From an uncultured Acidobacteriota bacterium (lineage in GTDB: Bacteria > Acidobacteriota > Thermoanaerobaculia > UBA5066): a stretch of 64,000 nt of DNA. This document shows, piece by piece, positions 18,414-27,679 of this stretch. The stretch covers positions 134,751 to 198,750 of the forward strand of contig CAWCSP010000004.1 in the NCBI GenBank assembly GCA_963798215.1, read 5' to 3'. Position numbers and translations under genes: made by a program. Each line of letters opens with the position of its first letter. The first letter of the stretch is position 1. The notes below the pieces were generated by a model. That model made no database searches. It was given only the letters and a program-made list of their open reading frames with translations, and had not been told where the DNA came from.

Positions 18414-19949
18414 TCAGCGGCCGATCGCGGTCTCGCGGTCGAGGATCCGGAGCGTCTTGTCGTAGAGCGCCTCCACCTCCGCGCGGCTGTTCCCGATCGC
18501 GGTCATCCCGAGCTTGCCGTACTGCGAGAGCGCGCCGATGAGGTGGAAGAGGACGCCCGACTCCGAGTTGTGGCTGTAATGGAGCGCGTTGATCGTGACG
18601 ATCTCGATGAGGTCCTCGGGCAGCAGTCCCCGATACGCCTCCGACTGGAGGTTGTCGGTCGCCCGGTAGAACTTCGGCGACCCGCGCGGCGAGAGGAAAA
18701 GGCCGGTCTCCGGGTCGAGCCGCCCTCCGGTGAGGAACTGAAGGGCGAGATACGGGTGCGTCGTGCCCCCCATCCGGAGGTTGATCTCGAGGGCGGAGAG
18801 GCGCCACGGCTCGTCCGCGCGCTCCTTCACGGTGAGGAAGTCGACCCCGAACCGGCTCACGACGCCGCGCGAGGCGAGGACGGCGCCGATCTTCATCGCC
18901 GCCGCGGTGATCTCGCGGCGGTATTCGCCGGAGGCGGGGAAGAGGCAGCCGAGGAAGACCTGCCCGCTCGGCCCGCCGAGGACCTGGTCGTGCGTCGAGA
19001 TCGGGACGACGTCGCCGCGGGGATCCGTGCGGAGCTGGACGGACGGCGACGCCTTGATCGCGCCCTCGAGAAACTCCTCGGCGATGCCGCCCATGCGCCG
19101 GAACTTCGTGTGGAAGTCGTCCCAGGTTTCCCATCCCACCGAGAACTCGAGGCTCGGGAGCCGCTCCCGGACCTTGCTCGCGTCCGGCGGACCGTCCGGG
19201 TACCGGAAGATCGCGTTTCCCTCGCCCGAGAAGCTGTCGTTGAGCTTCACGACGGCCTTGCGGAGCGCGGGGTTCCGGCGCTTGAGGTCGACGAGGGCGG
19301 TCTCGAGGTCCGCGTCGTCCCGCAGGTCCTCGTGGCCTTCCGGGCAAGGGACGCCCGCCTCGCGGAAGACCTTCCGGCTTCCCGACTTCGTCCCGAGGCC
19401 GTTGAGTGCGGGGTCGACGCCGTTCAGCGGGATCCCGAGGAGGACGGCGAGCCTTCTCTCGAACGGGGTCGAGTTGAAGACCGTGAGGTAGGCGCGCGAG
19501 CGGTCGGGGATCCCCGCGCGGATGCGCTCGATGAGGCGCGGACGCTCGAGGATCTTCTCCGTGAGCGAGCGTGGCGAGGCGTCGTGCGCGCAGAGGAGCG
19601 TCAGGCGGCTGCGCGCATGGCTCGCGGGGATCCCGACGAGGAGCTGGAAGTAGTACTCGAGGACGAGGGGGTGGACGGGCTGCGACGTCACGAAGACGAC
19701 TCGCGACCGGGGATTGCGCAACCGGATCAGGAGGAACAGGAGGCGCTCCTCGTAGAAACTCGCCCCGTCCAGCTTCGTCAGCTCGGCCTGGTCCAGCGTC
19801 AGGGAGGGGACGACGACCGACGTGTGCGGATCCTCGTCGCGGCCCGCGATCGCGTCCCAGACCTCCAGGAGGCGCGGCTTGAGCTTCTCGAACTCTTCGA
19901 GCTCGCGTTCGAGGGAAAGGTCGGACGCGAACGGCGGCCTCGGGATCAC
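18414..19949 (-). CDS. ATP-grasp fold protein with large N-terminal pre-ATP-grasp domain (peptide/carboxylate-amine ligase-like)
   Basis: 511 aa. A KLNDSFSGEGNAIF motif resembles the ATP-grasp K-x-GS-G-G phosphate loop. A ...FGVDFLTVKE...SALEINLRMGG segment resembles the Mg/ATP-binding E-x-N region. The functional assignment is tentative. Confidence 0.45.
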   Translation of the reverse strand: MIPRPPFASDLSLERELEEFEKLKPRLLEVWDAIAGRDEDPHTSVVVPSLTLDQAELTKLDGASFYEERLLFLLIRLRNPRSRVVFVTSQPVHPLVLEYYFQLLVGIPASHARSRLTLLCAHDASPRSLTEKILERPRLIERIRAGIPDRSRAYLTVFNSTPFERRLAVLLGIPLNGVDPALNGLGTKSGSRKVFREAGVPCPEGHEDLRDDADLETALVDLKRRNPALRKAVVKLNDSFSGEGNAIFRYPDGPPDASKVRERLPSLEFSVGWETWDDFHTKFRRMGGIAEEFLEGAIKASPSVQLRTDPRGDVVPISTHDQVLGGPSGQVFLGCLFPASGEYRREITAAAMKIGAVLASRGVVSRFGVDFLTVKERADEPWRLSALEINLRMGGTTHPYLALQFLTGGRLDPETGLFLSPRGSPKFYRATDNLQSEAYRGLLPEDLIEIVTINALHYSHNSESGVLFHLIGALSQYGKLGMTAIGNSRAEVEALYDKTLRILDRETAIGR

Positions 19950-19983
19950 TGGCCGGAGATTCTAGGCTTCCGGTCCGAACCGA

Positions 19984-19997
19984 GGCACGGATCTTGT
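19984..19997 (+). promoter_or_regulatory. Candidate sigma-54 (-24/-12) promoter of pilin gene 1
   Basis: aGGCACGgatcTTGTt matches TGGCACG-N4-TTGC with correct spacing. It lies ~37 nt upstream of the TTG start. A PilR-like sigma-54 activator is encoded in the same cluster. Confidence 0.35.
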
Positions 19998-20033
19998 TTA
20001 CGATCGGGCGGGAAACCCGGGAAAGAGGCGCGA

Positions 20034-20531
20034 TTGAAGGCACGGCGGAACGGATCGCGGGGCTTCACGCTGATCGAGCTGCTGATCGTCGTCGCGATCA
20101 TCGGGATCATCGTCGCGATCTCCGTCGTGAACATGATCAACGCGATCCAGCGCGCCAAGCAGAAGCGCTCGATGGCCGACATCCGGAGCCTCTCGTCGGC
20201 GCTCGAGGCGTACGCGGCGGACATGAATACCTACCCGGCCGCGGCGGGGTACACGCTGCCGACGGGCCTCTCGCTCCCGACCGGCTCGTTCGGCGCGGCC
20301 GCAGGGCAGCTGAGCCCGACGTACATCCGCGTCGCGCCCCTCCAGGACGGCTGGAACTCCTGGTACCTCTACGGGACGAGCGCCACGCGGACGGATTACG
20401 CCGTGTGCTCGGCTGGCGCCGACGGCGCTCCGCAGTCGTCCCCGTCCTTCGGTCCGACGACCGATTTCAACGCGGACATCATCCTCGTGGACGGCGCGTT
20501 CGTGCAGTTCCCCGACGGGGCCCAGCGCTGA
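20034..20531 (+). CDS. pilA: Type IV pilin / prepilin-type N-terminal cleavage-methylation protein (PilA-like), paralog 1
   Basis: TTG start after an AAAGAGG RBS. Class III signal ...NGSRG|FTLIELLIVVAIIGIIVAI, with the conserved +5 Glu. 165 aa. Confidence 0.8.
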   Translation: MKARRNGSRGFTLIELLIVVAIIGIIVAISVVNMINAIQRAKQKRSMADIRSLSSALEAYAADMNTYPAAAGYTLPTGLSLPTGSFGAAAGQLSPTYIRVAPLQDGWNSWYLYGTSATRTDYAVCSAGADGAPQSSPSFGPTTDFNADIILVDGAFVQFPDGAQR

Positions 20532-20661
20532 CGAAGTCGGCCGGCAGGTGACAAACGGTGTTCGGTTCGGGCCGATCCCTCCGACAAAATTTAGTCGCAG
20601 GACAGCCTGCCGGGACCGTGGCCCACGTCAAGTCCTCGATACACAACAGGTTCGGCGGGTC

Positions 20662-20675
20662 GGCACGGCTCTTGA
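20662..20675 (+). promoter_or_regulatory. Candidate sigma-54 (-24/-12) promoter of pilin gene 2
   Basis: tcGGCACGgctcTTGAa has GG and GC-like elements at the correct 11-nt spacing, ~27 nt upstream of the ATG. Same architecture as the promoter of paralog 1. Confidence 0.35.
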
Positions 20676-20701
20676 AAGCACGCGAACGGAGGTTGATCCA
20701 A

Positions 20702-21205
20702 ATGAAGAGGAACCGAAAGGGTTTCACGCTCATCGAGCTGCTGATCGTCGTTGCGATCATCGGAATCATCGTCGCGATCGCCATTCCGAACCTGCTCAAC
20801 GCGATCCAGCGCGCCAAGCAGAAGAGGTCCATGGCCGACATGCGCTCGGCCGGTACGGCCGCCGAGGCGTATGCCGTCGACTTCAACCACTACCCTGCGG
20901 CGGCGGGCTACTCGCTTCCGTCGGGCCTGACCGTCCCCACGGGGACGTTTGGTGCCGTGGGTTCGGGCTTCAACAAGCAGGTTGCTCCCACGTACATCCG
21001 CCTCCTTCCGATCACGGACGGCTGGCAGTCGTACTTCCTGTACGGCAACAACGGCGCAGGCAACGCGACGGCCTACGTGATCATGTCGAACGGGAAAGAC
21101 GGCACCGCAGGCACGCTCGTCGGCGGCGAGACGACGAACTTCAACGACGACATCGTCTTCACGAACGGCCAGTTCGTTCAGTACCCCGCGGGCGCGCAGC
21201 GGTAA
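20702..21205 (+). CDS. pilA: Type IV pilin (PilA-like), paralog 2
   Basis: ATG after a GGAGG RBS. MKRNRKG|FTLIELLIVVAIIGIIVAIAIPNLLNAIQRAKQKRSMADMRS. The C-terminus (FVQYPAGAQR) parallels paralog 1 (FVQFPDGAQR). 167 aa. Confidence 0.8.
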   Translation: MKRNRKGFTLIELLIVVAIIGIIVAIAIPNLLNAIQRAKQKRSMADMRSAGTAAEAYAVDFNHYPAAAGYSLPSGLTVPTGTFGAVGSGFNKQVAPTYIRLLPITDGWQSYFLYGNNGAGNATAYVIMSNGKDGTAGTLVGGETTNFNDDIVFTNGQFVQYPAGAQR

Positions 21206-21225
21206 GTCCTCCCGCCTCTCGCCCG

Positions 21226-21259
21226 AAAGAGCCCCCGCGAGGGGGCTCTTTCTCTTTCT
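21226..21259 (+). terminator. Rho-independent terminator after the pilin genes
   Basis: AAGAGCCCCC-GCGA-GGGGGCTCTT GC-rich hairpin followed by TCTCTTTCT. Confidence 0.6.
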
Positions 21260-21292
21260 GGGGACCTTTTCCACGCGTCTAGAATCGCCACG

Positions 21293-23609
21293 GTGAAGCG
21301 CGGACTGGCGACCGGACGGACGGCGCTCCTCGGCGGCGCGCTCGGATTCGCTCTCGCGGCCGCCCTTCTCGGTCCCGGCGCGGCGGCCGGCCTCGTCCCG
21401 GCGCGCGGCGATCTCGCCGACTTCTTCTGGCCCATGAAGGCGTACACGGCCGCGCGCTGGGCGGCCGGCAGCCTCGCGCTCTGGAACCCTCTCTCGGGCT
21501 GCGGCGAGCCCTGGCTGGCGCAGCTCCAGACCGGCGTCCTCAACCCGGGCGATCTCCCGTTCCTCCTCCACGGCGCCGCGGGTCCTCTCGTCGCGATCGC
21601 CCTGCACGTCGCGATCGCGGCCGCCGGGATGGCGGCATGGCTCTCCTCCCTCGGCGTCTCGCGCGCGGGCGCCCTTGCGGGAGCGGCGACGTGGGCGGGC
21701 GGCGGCGCGTTTCTATCCCTCGTGCCGGTCTACAACAACTTCGCGACGGCCGCGTTCCTGCCCTGGCTCTTTCTCGGGGCGCGCCGGTCCGCCCGCGGGT
21801 CGCCGCCCGTTCTGTTCGCGCTCGCGGTCGCGCTCGCCTTCCTGGGCGGCGAGCCCGCCCTCGCGGCGGCCGGGTCCTGCGCCGCGGTGGCCGTCGCGCT
21901 CGCGACGCGCCGCGAGGAGCCGTCCGGCGCCGCGCCCCGGCCCGTGCGCGCGGCGCTCCGGGCGGCGGGCGGCCTCGCGCTCGGCCTCGGCCTCGCCGCT
22001 GCGGCGCTGGGGCCGTTCCTCGTCCTCGTGAGGTCGACGGGGCGCGTCTCCGGCGTGACGAGAGCGGAGGCCCTCGCGCGTCCCGTCGGCCGGGCGGACC
22101 TCGCCGACCTCGTGGTTCCGCCCGCGCCTCCCGACGAGCGGCGCCCCGCGCCGGGCCGCGGCGGATACCTCGTGACGCTCGCGCTCGGGCCCCTCCCCTT
22201 CGTCCTCGCCGCGGCGGCGGGCGCGGGGTTCGCCGCGCGCCCGCGCCTCCTCGCGTGCCTCGCCGTCCTCGCCGCGCTCGGCGTCGTCCTCGCGCTCGGC
22301 GCCCGGGGGGGGCTCGTGCCGCTCCTCTGGGACGGCGGGCTCGCGCGCGGCGTCCGCTTTCCGGCGCGCTGGTTCATCTTCGCGCACTTCGCGCTCGCCG
22401 CGGCCGCCGGCGCCGGATTCGACGGCTGGCGCGACGGGCATCTCTTCGGCTGGCCGAAGCGGGCCTCGCACGAGGCCGCGCCGCCGGCGAAGGGGCCGCT
22501 CCTCGTGTCCGCCGCTCTCGCCGCGGGCGCCCTCGGGTTTCTCGTTCTTCTCGCCGCGGCCGAGCACCGCACGCCCGGGGCCGGCGCGTGGGCGGCATTC
22601 GCCGCCGCGGCCGCGGGCTGCGGCCTCCTGTGGCGCGTCCGCGCGCGCCGAGACGCCCTCGCGACGGCACGGAGGTGCCCTCCTCGTCCTCTGTGTCGCG
22701 CTCCCGCTCCCGCTCGGCGCGCGCGACATCTTCGCCGGCGCGAGCGCGGCCGATCTCGCGCGCCCGCCGCGCGCCGTCGCGGATCTGGCGGGAGAATCCG
22801 CAGGCCGCGTCTTTCCGGTCGTGTCGGACGGAGCGCTCCTCGAGGCGTGGCTCCGGTCGGCCGGCGGGTCGTGGACGCCGGACACCGCGCTTCGCGCCCA
22901 CGAGTCGCTCTCGGGGTACGGGTCGCTTTCCGTCGGGCTCGCCTCGGCCGCCTCGCCGTCCCCCATCGGCAACCCCTGGCGCGCGCGCCTTCTGGGAGCG
23001 GCGCTCTCCGGCGGCGACGCGGGAGCGCTTCTCGGTCTTGCGAACGTTCGCCACATCGTGACGCCCTTCCCGACCTCGATGCCGGGCGCGCGGCTCGAAC
23101 TGCGGGCGGGGGAGGTTCTCCGCTACGGCCTCGAGCACCCGCTCGGGCGCGTGTTCTTCGCGCGGGAGACCGTCCTGCTCGGCGACGACGCGGCGTTCCG
23201 CTCTCTCTCGGAGCGCCCCTTCGACCCGGAGGAGCGCGCGCTCGTCGCGCCGGGAGGCGGCGAAGCGGGCGTGCTTCCGCCGCGCCGCGCGGCGAAGGGT
23301 TTCGCGGTCGCCCACGTGACGCGCGACGAGCCCGAGGCGTTCGAGGTCGGGACGGCGGCGTCCGAGCCGACGACGCTCGTCATGACGCGTTCGTGGGACT
23401 CCGGCTGGGAGGCGCGGCTCGACGGCGCGCGCGTCCCGCTCCGGCGCTGCGATCTCGCGCTGATGGCGGTCGCGATCCCCGCCGGCGAGCACCGGCTCGC
23501 GCTCGCGTACCGTCCTGTCGCGTTCCGCGCCGGCGCCGCCGTCTCCGGCGCGTCCCTCCTCGTCCTTCTCGCGCTCGTCCTCGCGGGCGGGAAGGAGACA
23601 CGCGCGTGA
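21293..23609 (+). pseudogene. YfhO-like GT-C fold membrane glycosyltransferase (candidate pilin glycosyltransferase, TfpO/TfpW-like position). Reading frame switches near 22640-22670.
   Basis: GTG start. N-terminal polytopic region in frame 2 (DFFWPMKAYTAARWAAGSLALWNPL, many TM helices). Around 22650 it continues in frame 0 (GGALLVLCVALPLPLG...) and ends with a YfhO-type C-terminal periplasmic motif (WDSGWEARLDGARVPLRRCDLALMAVAIPAGEHRLALAYRP). Total ~772 aa, typical for YfhO. Requires a single-nucleotide indel to read through. Confidence 0.55.
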
Positions 23610-24778
23610 CGTTTCCGGACGCGTTCCTCCTCGCGGTCTTCGCGGCCGTCGGCGCGATCACGGGCTCGTTCGCGAACGTCTGCATCCACCGGCTCCCGCG
23701 TGGCGAATCCGTCGTCCGCCCGCCGTCGCGCTGCCCTGCGTGCGGGACGGGCATCGCCTTCTACGACAACGTCCCGGTCCTCTCGTGGCTCGTCCTCAGG
23801 GGGCGCTGCCGCGCGTGCGGGGCGGCCATCTCGCCGCGCTACCCGCTCGTCGAGGCGGCGGGCGCCGGAATCTTCGCGGCCGCGGCGCTCCTGTGGGGCC
23901 CGACGCCGGTCGCCGCGGGCGGCGCGCTCCTCACGCTCGCGGGGCTGATTCTCGTCTTCACGGACCTCGAGACGCGGACGCTCCCGGACGAGGTCACGCT
24001 CGGGACCCTCGCCCTCGGCCTTCTCGTCGCCGCCGTGAGGGACCGTACGGGGGCGGAAGCGGGCGCGCCGTTCCTTGCCGCCCACGGCCACCTCGTCGAG
24101 GCCGCGCTCGGCGCCGCGGCGGGGGCGGCGTTCCTGGAGCTCGTCCGCCGCGCGTACGCGGCGCTCCGCGGGCAGGAGGGGATGGGCGGGGGCGACGTGA
24201 AGATGCTCGCGATGGCTGGGGCGTTCACCGGGCCCGCCGGCGTCTTCCTGACGCTCTTTTTTGCGTCCCTCGCCGGGACGCTGGTGGCGGGCGGTGCCTC
24301 TCTCGTGCGACGAGCGCGCTGGGCTGCCGCATTCTCTTTCGCGAAGGACGGGGAACGGGCGGGGACCCTCGCGGAGGCGCACGGCCTTCTCGTGCGCCCG
24401 GACGGCCGGGTGGGCGCTGCGGGCCGGAGGTGGCGCGAGGTGCCGGGCGCCTCCGCGCCCGGCGAGCCCGTCTCCGCCGACCGGCGCGCCGCGGGCCGCC
24501 TCCTCGCCTTCGTGCGCCTCGCCCGCCGCCGCGCGTCGGGCGGGGCGCCGAGCGCCTCCGGCCGGATCATCCTCGACGACGGCGCCGACTTCTTCCGCGT
24601 CCTCGCGGCGCGCGCGGCCGGGACGCCCGCGGGTCTCCTCGTCCTCCTCGCGCGCGCGGACGTGCCGTTCGGCGTCTTCCTCGCGGCGGGCGCCGTCCTC
24701 GCGTTCGTCTTCGGGCGTGTCGCTCTGGAGGCTCTCGTGGGCCCGGGTGCGGACCTTCTCTCGAGGCTCCTGCCGTGA
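23606..24778 (+). CDS. pilD: Prepilin peptidase / N-methyltransferase (A24 family, PilD) with ~100-aa C-terminal loop insertion
   Basis: GTGA overlap with the upstream gene. N-terminal tetracysteine motif CPACG...CRACG. Catalytic GGGDVKMLAMAGAFTG motif present. 390 aa. Confidence 0.85.
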   Translation: MTFPDAFLLAVFAAVGAITGSFANVCIHRLPRGESVVRPPSRCPACGTGIAFYDNVPVLSWLVLRGRCRACGAAISPRYPLVEAAGAGIFAAAALLWGPTPVAAGGALLTLAGLILVFTDLETRTLPDEVTLGTLALGLLVAAVRDRTGAEAGAPFLAAHGHLVEAALGAAAGAAFLELVRRAYAALRGQEGMGGGDVKMLAMAGAFTGPAGVFLTLFFASLAGTLVAGGASLVRRARWAAAFSFAKDGERAGTLAEAHGLLVRPDGRVGAAGRRWREVPGASAPGEPVSADRRAAGRLLAFVRLARRRASGGAPSASGRIILDDGADFFRVLAARAAGTPAGLLVLLARADVPFGVFLAAGAVLAFVFGRVALEALVGPGADLLSRLLP

Positions 24779-26550
24779 CGAGCCGCTCGTTCGAGCGGGA
24801 GGTCCGCAACGTGATCGTGGGCGGGCTCGTCACGCTCCTTTTCCTCGCCGGCACGGCGGCGGTCGTCCTCCGCAACACGACGGCGTGGGGCGTGGCCGAG
24901 ACCGAACGTCGTCTCGCGCGTGAGACGCGCACGGCGGCCGCCGCGTTCGCGGCGACCGCGAGCCCGGCCCGCACGCTCGCCGACGACGTCGGTCCCGGGC
25001 GGGTGCTCGGCGAGAACGGGGCGCGGAGCGCCGCGCTCTACGACGCCCACGGAGCGCGCGTCGCGGACGCACCGTACCTCCCCGGCGCGGGCGAGGCCCC
25101 GGCCCGGCTCGACGCCGCGGACCTCGCGGTGGACGCGGCGCTTCTGCGCGACGGGCCGGCCGGGCCCGTCGTCCTCGCGCCTCTCCCGGGGACGGGCCAG
25201 ATCCTGCGCGTCGCGTGGAACGACCCGGCCGTCGCGGCCGCGCGCCGGAACGCCCGGATCGTCCTCGTCGCGATCCCTGCCGCGGCCACCGTGCTCGTCG
25301 TCCTCGTCGTCCCGTTCCTGAGGCGGCTCATGGCCCCGATCGACGCGATCGCCCAGACGGCGCGCGGTGCCGGCGACCTCGTCCCCGAGGTCGTGGCCCG
25401 CTCCGCGCGCGACGAGGCCGAGGGCGCGGCCGAAACGTTCGCGCGGACCGTCGACACCCTCAAGAAACGCACGGAAGAGCTCGAGGAGCTTCGCAGGACC
25501 GAGCAGCGCCGGGCCGACGCCCTCGCCGTGACGGCCGAAACCCTCGTGCGCTCGCACCCGGGCGGCCTCCTCGTCGTGGACGCGGGGGGCCGTCTCGCCG
25601 AGGCGAATGCTCCCGCGCGCGCGGTCCTCGACCTCCGCCCGGAGGACGTGGGCCGGCCGGCCGCCGACGCGCTGGCTCACGTCCCGGCACTTGCGGCCGC
25701 CGCGGAGCGGGCGCGCGCCGGCGCGCCGACGCTCTCGACGGAGATCGCGGTCGGCGACGGCGCCGACGCACGCGTTTTCGAGCTCATCGGCGTCCCGATC
25801 CTCGACGCCTTGCAGAACGTGCTCGGCGGTGTCCTGTTCGTCGAGGACCGGACCGAGACGCACCGGCTCGAGCGCGAGGTGTCTTCCCGGCGCGAGCTCG
25901 CCGCGCTCGGCGAGATGTCCGCGGGAATCGCGCACGAGTTCCGCAACGCGACGGGGACGATCCTCGGCTGGGCGCGCCTCGCGGCGCGGACGGACGACGC
26001 CGGCGCGCGGGCAAGGCACCTCGCGGCGATCCAGGCCGAGGCCGAGCACGTCGCGCGCGTGACGGGGGACTTCCTCTTTTTCGCGAGGCCCGAGCGGCTC
26101 GAGACGGCCCCGTGCGACCTCGAGGCGCTCGCCCGGGAGATCGCCGCCGAGCAGAGGACACTCACGCCGGGCGTCGACGTGTCGGTCGGCGGGTCCTTCG
26201 AGGCCGCGCTCGCGGACGCGGCGCTCGTGAAGCGCGCGCTCGTGAACCTCGTCAAAAACGCGTGCGAGGCGGCCGCCGACCGCCCGGGCGGGGGCCGCGT
26301 CCTCCTTTCCGGGGAGGGGGCGGCGGCGGGAACCGTCCGCGTCGCCGTCGAGGACGACGGACCCGGCGTGTCGGACGAGGCCGCCGCCAAGCTCTTCGTC
26401 CCGTTCGCCACGACCAAGGAGGCGGGCACGGGCCTCGGGCTCGCGCTCGTCGCGAAGATCGCGGCGCTCCACCGCGGAAGCGTCTCGGCCGGAAGGTCCG
26501 CCGCGCTCGGCGGCGCCCGGTTCGTCCTCTCCCTGCCCGCCGCCGGCTGA
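24775..26550 (+). CDS. Sensor histidine kinase (2 TM, PAS, HisKA, HATPase_c; PilS-like)
   Basis: GTG start overlapping the pilD stop. HisKA H-box (LGEMSAGIAHEFRNATGTILGW). N-box (LVKNACEAA). G-boxes (EDDGPGV, GTGLGLALV). Confidence 0.75.
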   Translation: MTSRSFEREVRNVIVGGLVTLLFLAGTAAVVLRNTTAWGVAETERRLARETRTAAAAFAATASPARTLADDVGPGRVLGENGARSAALYDAHGARVADAPYLPGAGEAPARLDAADLAVDAALLRDGPAGPVVLAPLPGTGQILRVAWNDPAVAAARRNARIVLVAIPAAATVLVVLVVPFLRRLMAPIDAIAQTARGAGDLVPEVVARSARDEAEGAAETFARTVDTLKKRTEELEELRRTEQRRADALAVTAETLVRSHPGGLLVVDAGGRLAEANAPARAVLDLRPEDVGRPAADALAHVPALAAAAERARAGAPTLSTEIAVGDGADARVFELIGVPILDALQNVLGGVLFVEDRTETHRLEREVSSRRELAALGEMSAGIAHEFRNATGTILGWARLAARTDDAGARARHLAAIQAEAEHVARVTGDFLFFARPERLETAPCDLEALAREIAAEQRTLTPGVDVSVGGSFEAALADAALVKRALVNLVKNACEAAADRPGGGRVLLSGEGAAAGTVRVAVEDDGPGVSDEAAAKLFVPFATTKEAGTGLGLALVAKIAALHRGSVSAGRSAALGGARFVLSLPAAG

Positions 26551-26554
26551 GAGC

Positions 26555-27679
26555 TCAGCCCGGCGCGGGCGCCCCGGACGACGGGCGGGCGGCGGTCTTC
26601 GCCCGCTTCTCGACGAGTCCCTTGAACTGGTCCTTGTCGAGCGACTTCTCGTAGGCCTCGTCGGGCTCGACGATGCCGGCGACGACGAGGTCCGCGAGGC
26701 TCTGGTCCATCCCGATCATCCCGGACGTGCGGCCGGTCTGGATGAGCGTCCCGATCATCGCGGTCTTGCCCTCGCGGATGTTGTTCGAGAGCGCGGACGA
26801 CCCGCGGAGCACCTCGAACGCCGCGACGCGCCCGCCGCCCTTCTTCTTGAGGAGGACCTGCGCGACGACGCCCTTGAGGACCTCGGCGAGCACCGTCCGC
26901 ACCTGCTCCTGCTCCTCGGCGGGAAAGCTGTCGATCAGCCGGTCGACGGCCTTCGCGGCGGAATTCGTGTGCAGCGTCCCGAAGACGAGAAGCCCCGTCT
27001 CGGCGGCCTGGAGGGCCATGGACATCGTCTCGAGATCTCGCAGCTCGCCGACGAGGACGACGTCCGGGTCCTCGCGGAGCGCGGCCTTCAGGGCGCCCGC
27101 GAACGTCGGGGTGTCGAACCCGAGCTCGCGATGCGAGATGAGGGACTTGTTCGGTCGGTGGAGGAACTCGACCGGGTCCTCGATCGTGACGATGTGGGAG
27201 GCGCGCGTGCGGTTGATCCAGTCGAGGAGCGCCGCGAGCGTCGTCGACTTGCCCGAGCCCGTCGGCCCGGTCACGAGGACGAGGCCGCGCGGGATCCGCG
27301 CGACGTTCGCGACGAGCGGCGGGAGGCCGAGCTCCTCGATCGCGAGGACGCGCGGCGGGATCATGCGGAGGACGGCTCCGGAGCCGTGCTCCTGGCGGAA
27401 CAGGTTCACGCGGAAGCGCGCGATCTCGCCCATCGCGTACGCGAAGTCCGTGTCGCCCGTATTGCGCCACTCGCGGAGCGGCTTCTCCGGCGCGATCGGG
27501 ACGATCAGGCTCTCGTACTCCTCCTCGGTCAGCGTCCGCCACTTGAGGCGTTCGAGGTCGCCGTCCACGCGCACCATGGGCGGCGAGCCGACGGCGAGGT
27601 GCAGGTCCGACGCCTTCTTGTCGACCATGATCCTGAGGAGCTTGTCGACGCGGTTGACGCCGGCGTGGAGCGAGCTCAT
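26555..27679 (-). CDS. pilT: Type IV pilus twitching-motility retraction ATPase PilT
   Basis: 374 aa. Walker A (GPTGSGKST), Asp box (ITIEDPVEF), Walker B (LVGELRD), His box (GTLHTNSAAKAVDRL), and the AIRNLIRE-like motif (ALSNNIREGK). Confidence 0.9.
   Translation of the reverse strand: MSSLHAGVNRVDKLLRIMVDKKASDLHLAVGSPPMVRVDGDLERLKWRTLTEEEYESLIVPIAPEKPLREWRNTGDTDFAYAMGEIARFRVNLFRQEHGSGAVLRMIPPRVLAIEELGLPPLVANVARIPRGLVLVTGPTGSGKSTTLAALLDWINRTRASHIVTIEDPVEFLHRPNKSLISHRELGFDTPTFAGALKAALREDPDVVLVGELRDLETMSMALQAAETGLLVFGTLHTNSAAKAVDRLIDSFPAEEQEQVRTVLAEVLKGVVAQVLLKKKGGGRVAAFEVLRGSSALSNNIREGKTAMIGTLIQTGRTSGMIGMDQSLADLVVAGIVEPDEAYEKSLDKDQFKGLVEKRAKTAARPSSGAPAPG

Noticed and set aside
15498-20531. 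1677-aa ORF on the plus strand
   Set aside because: Only the last 498 bp (20034-20531) encode a pilin. Upstream it is antisense to malQ and the ATP-grasp gene and translates to R/E/D/G-rich junk.
21637-23492. Multiple Arg/Pro/Ala-rich ORFs on both strands across the yfhO-like gene
   Set aside because: These are alternate-frame artefacts. Only the frame-2 then frame-0 path yields TM helices and the YfhO C-terminal motif.
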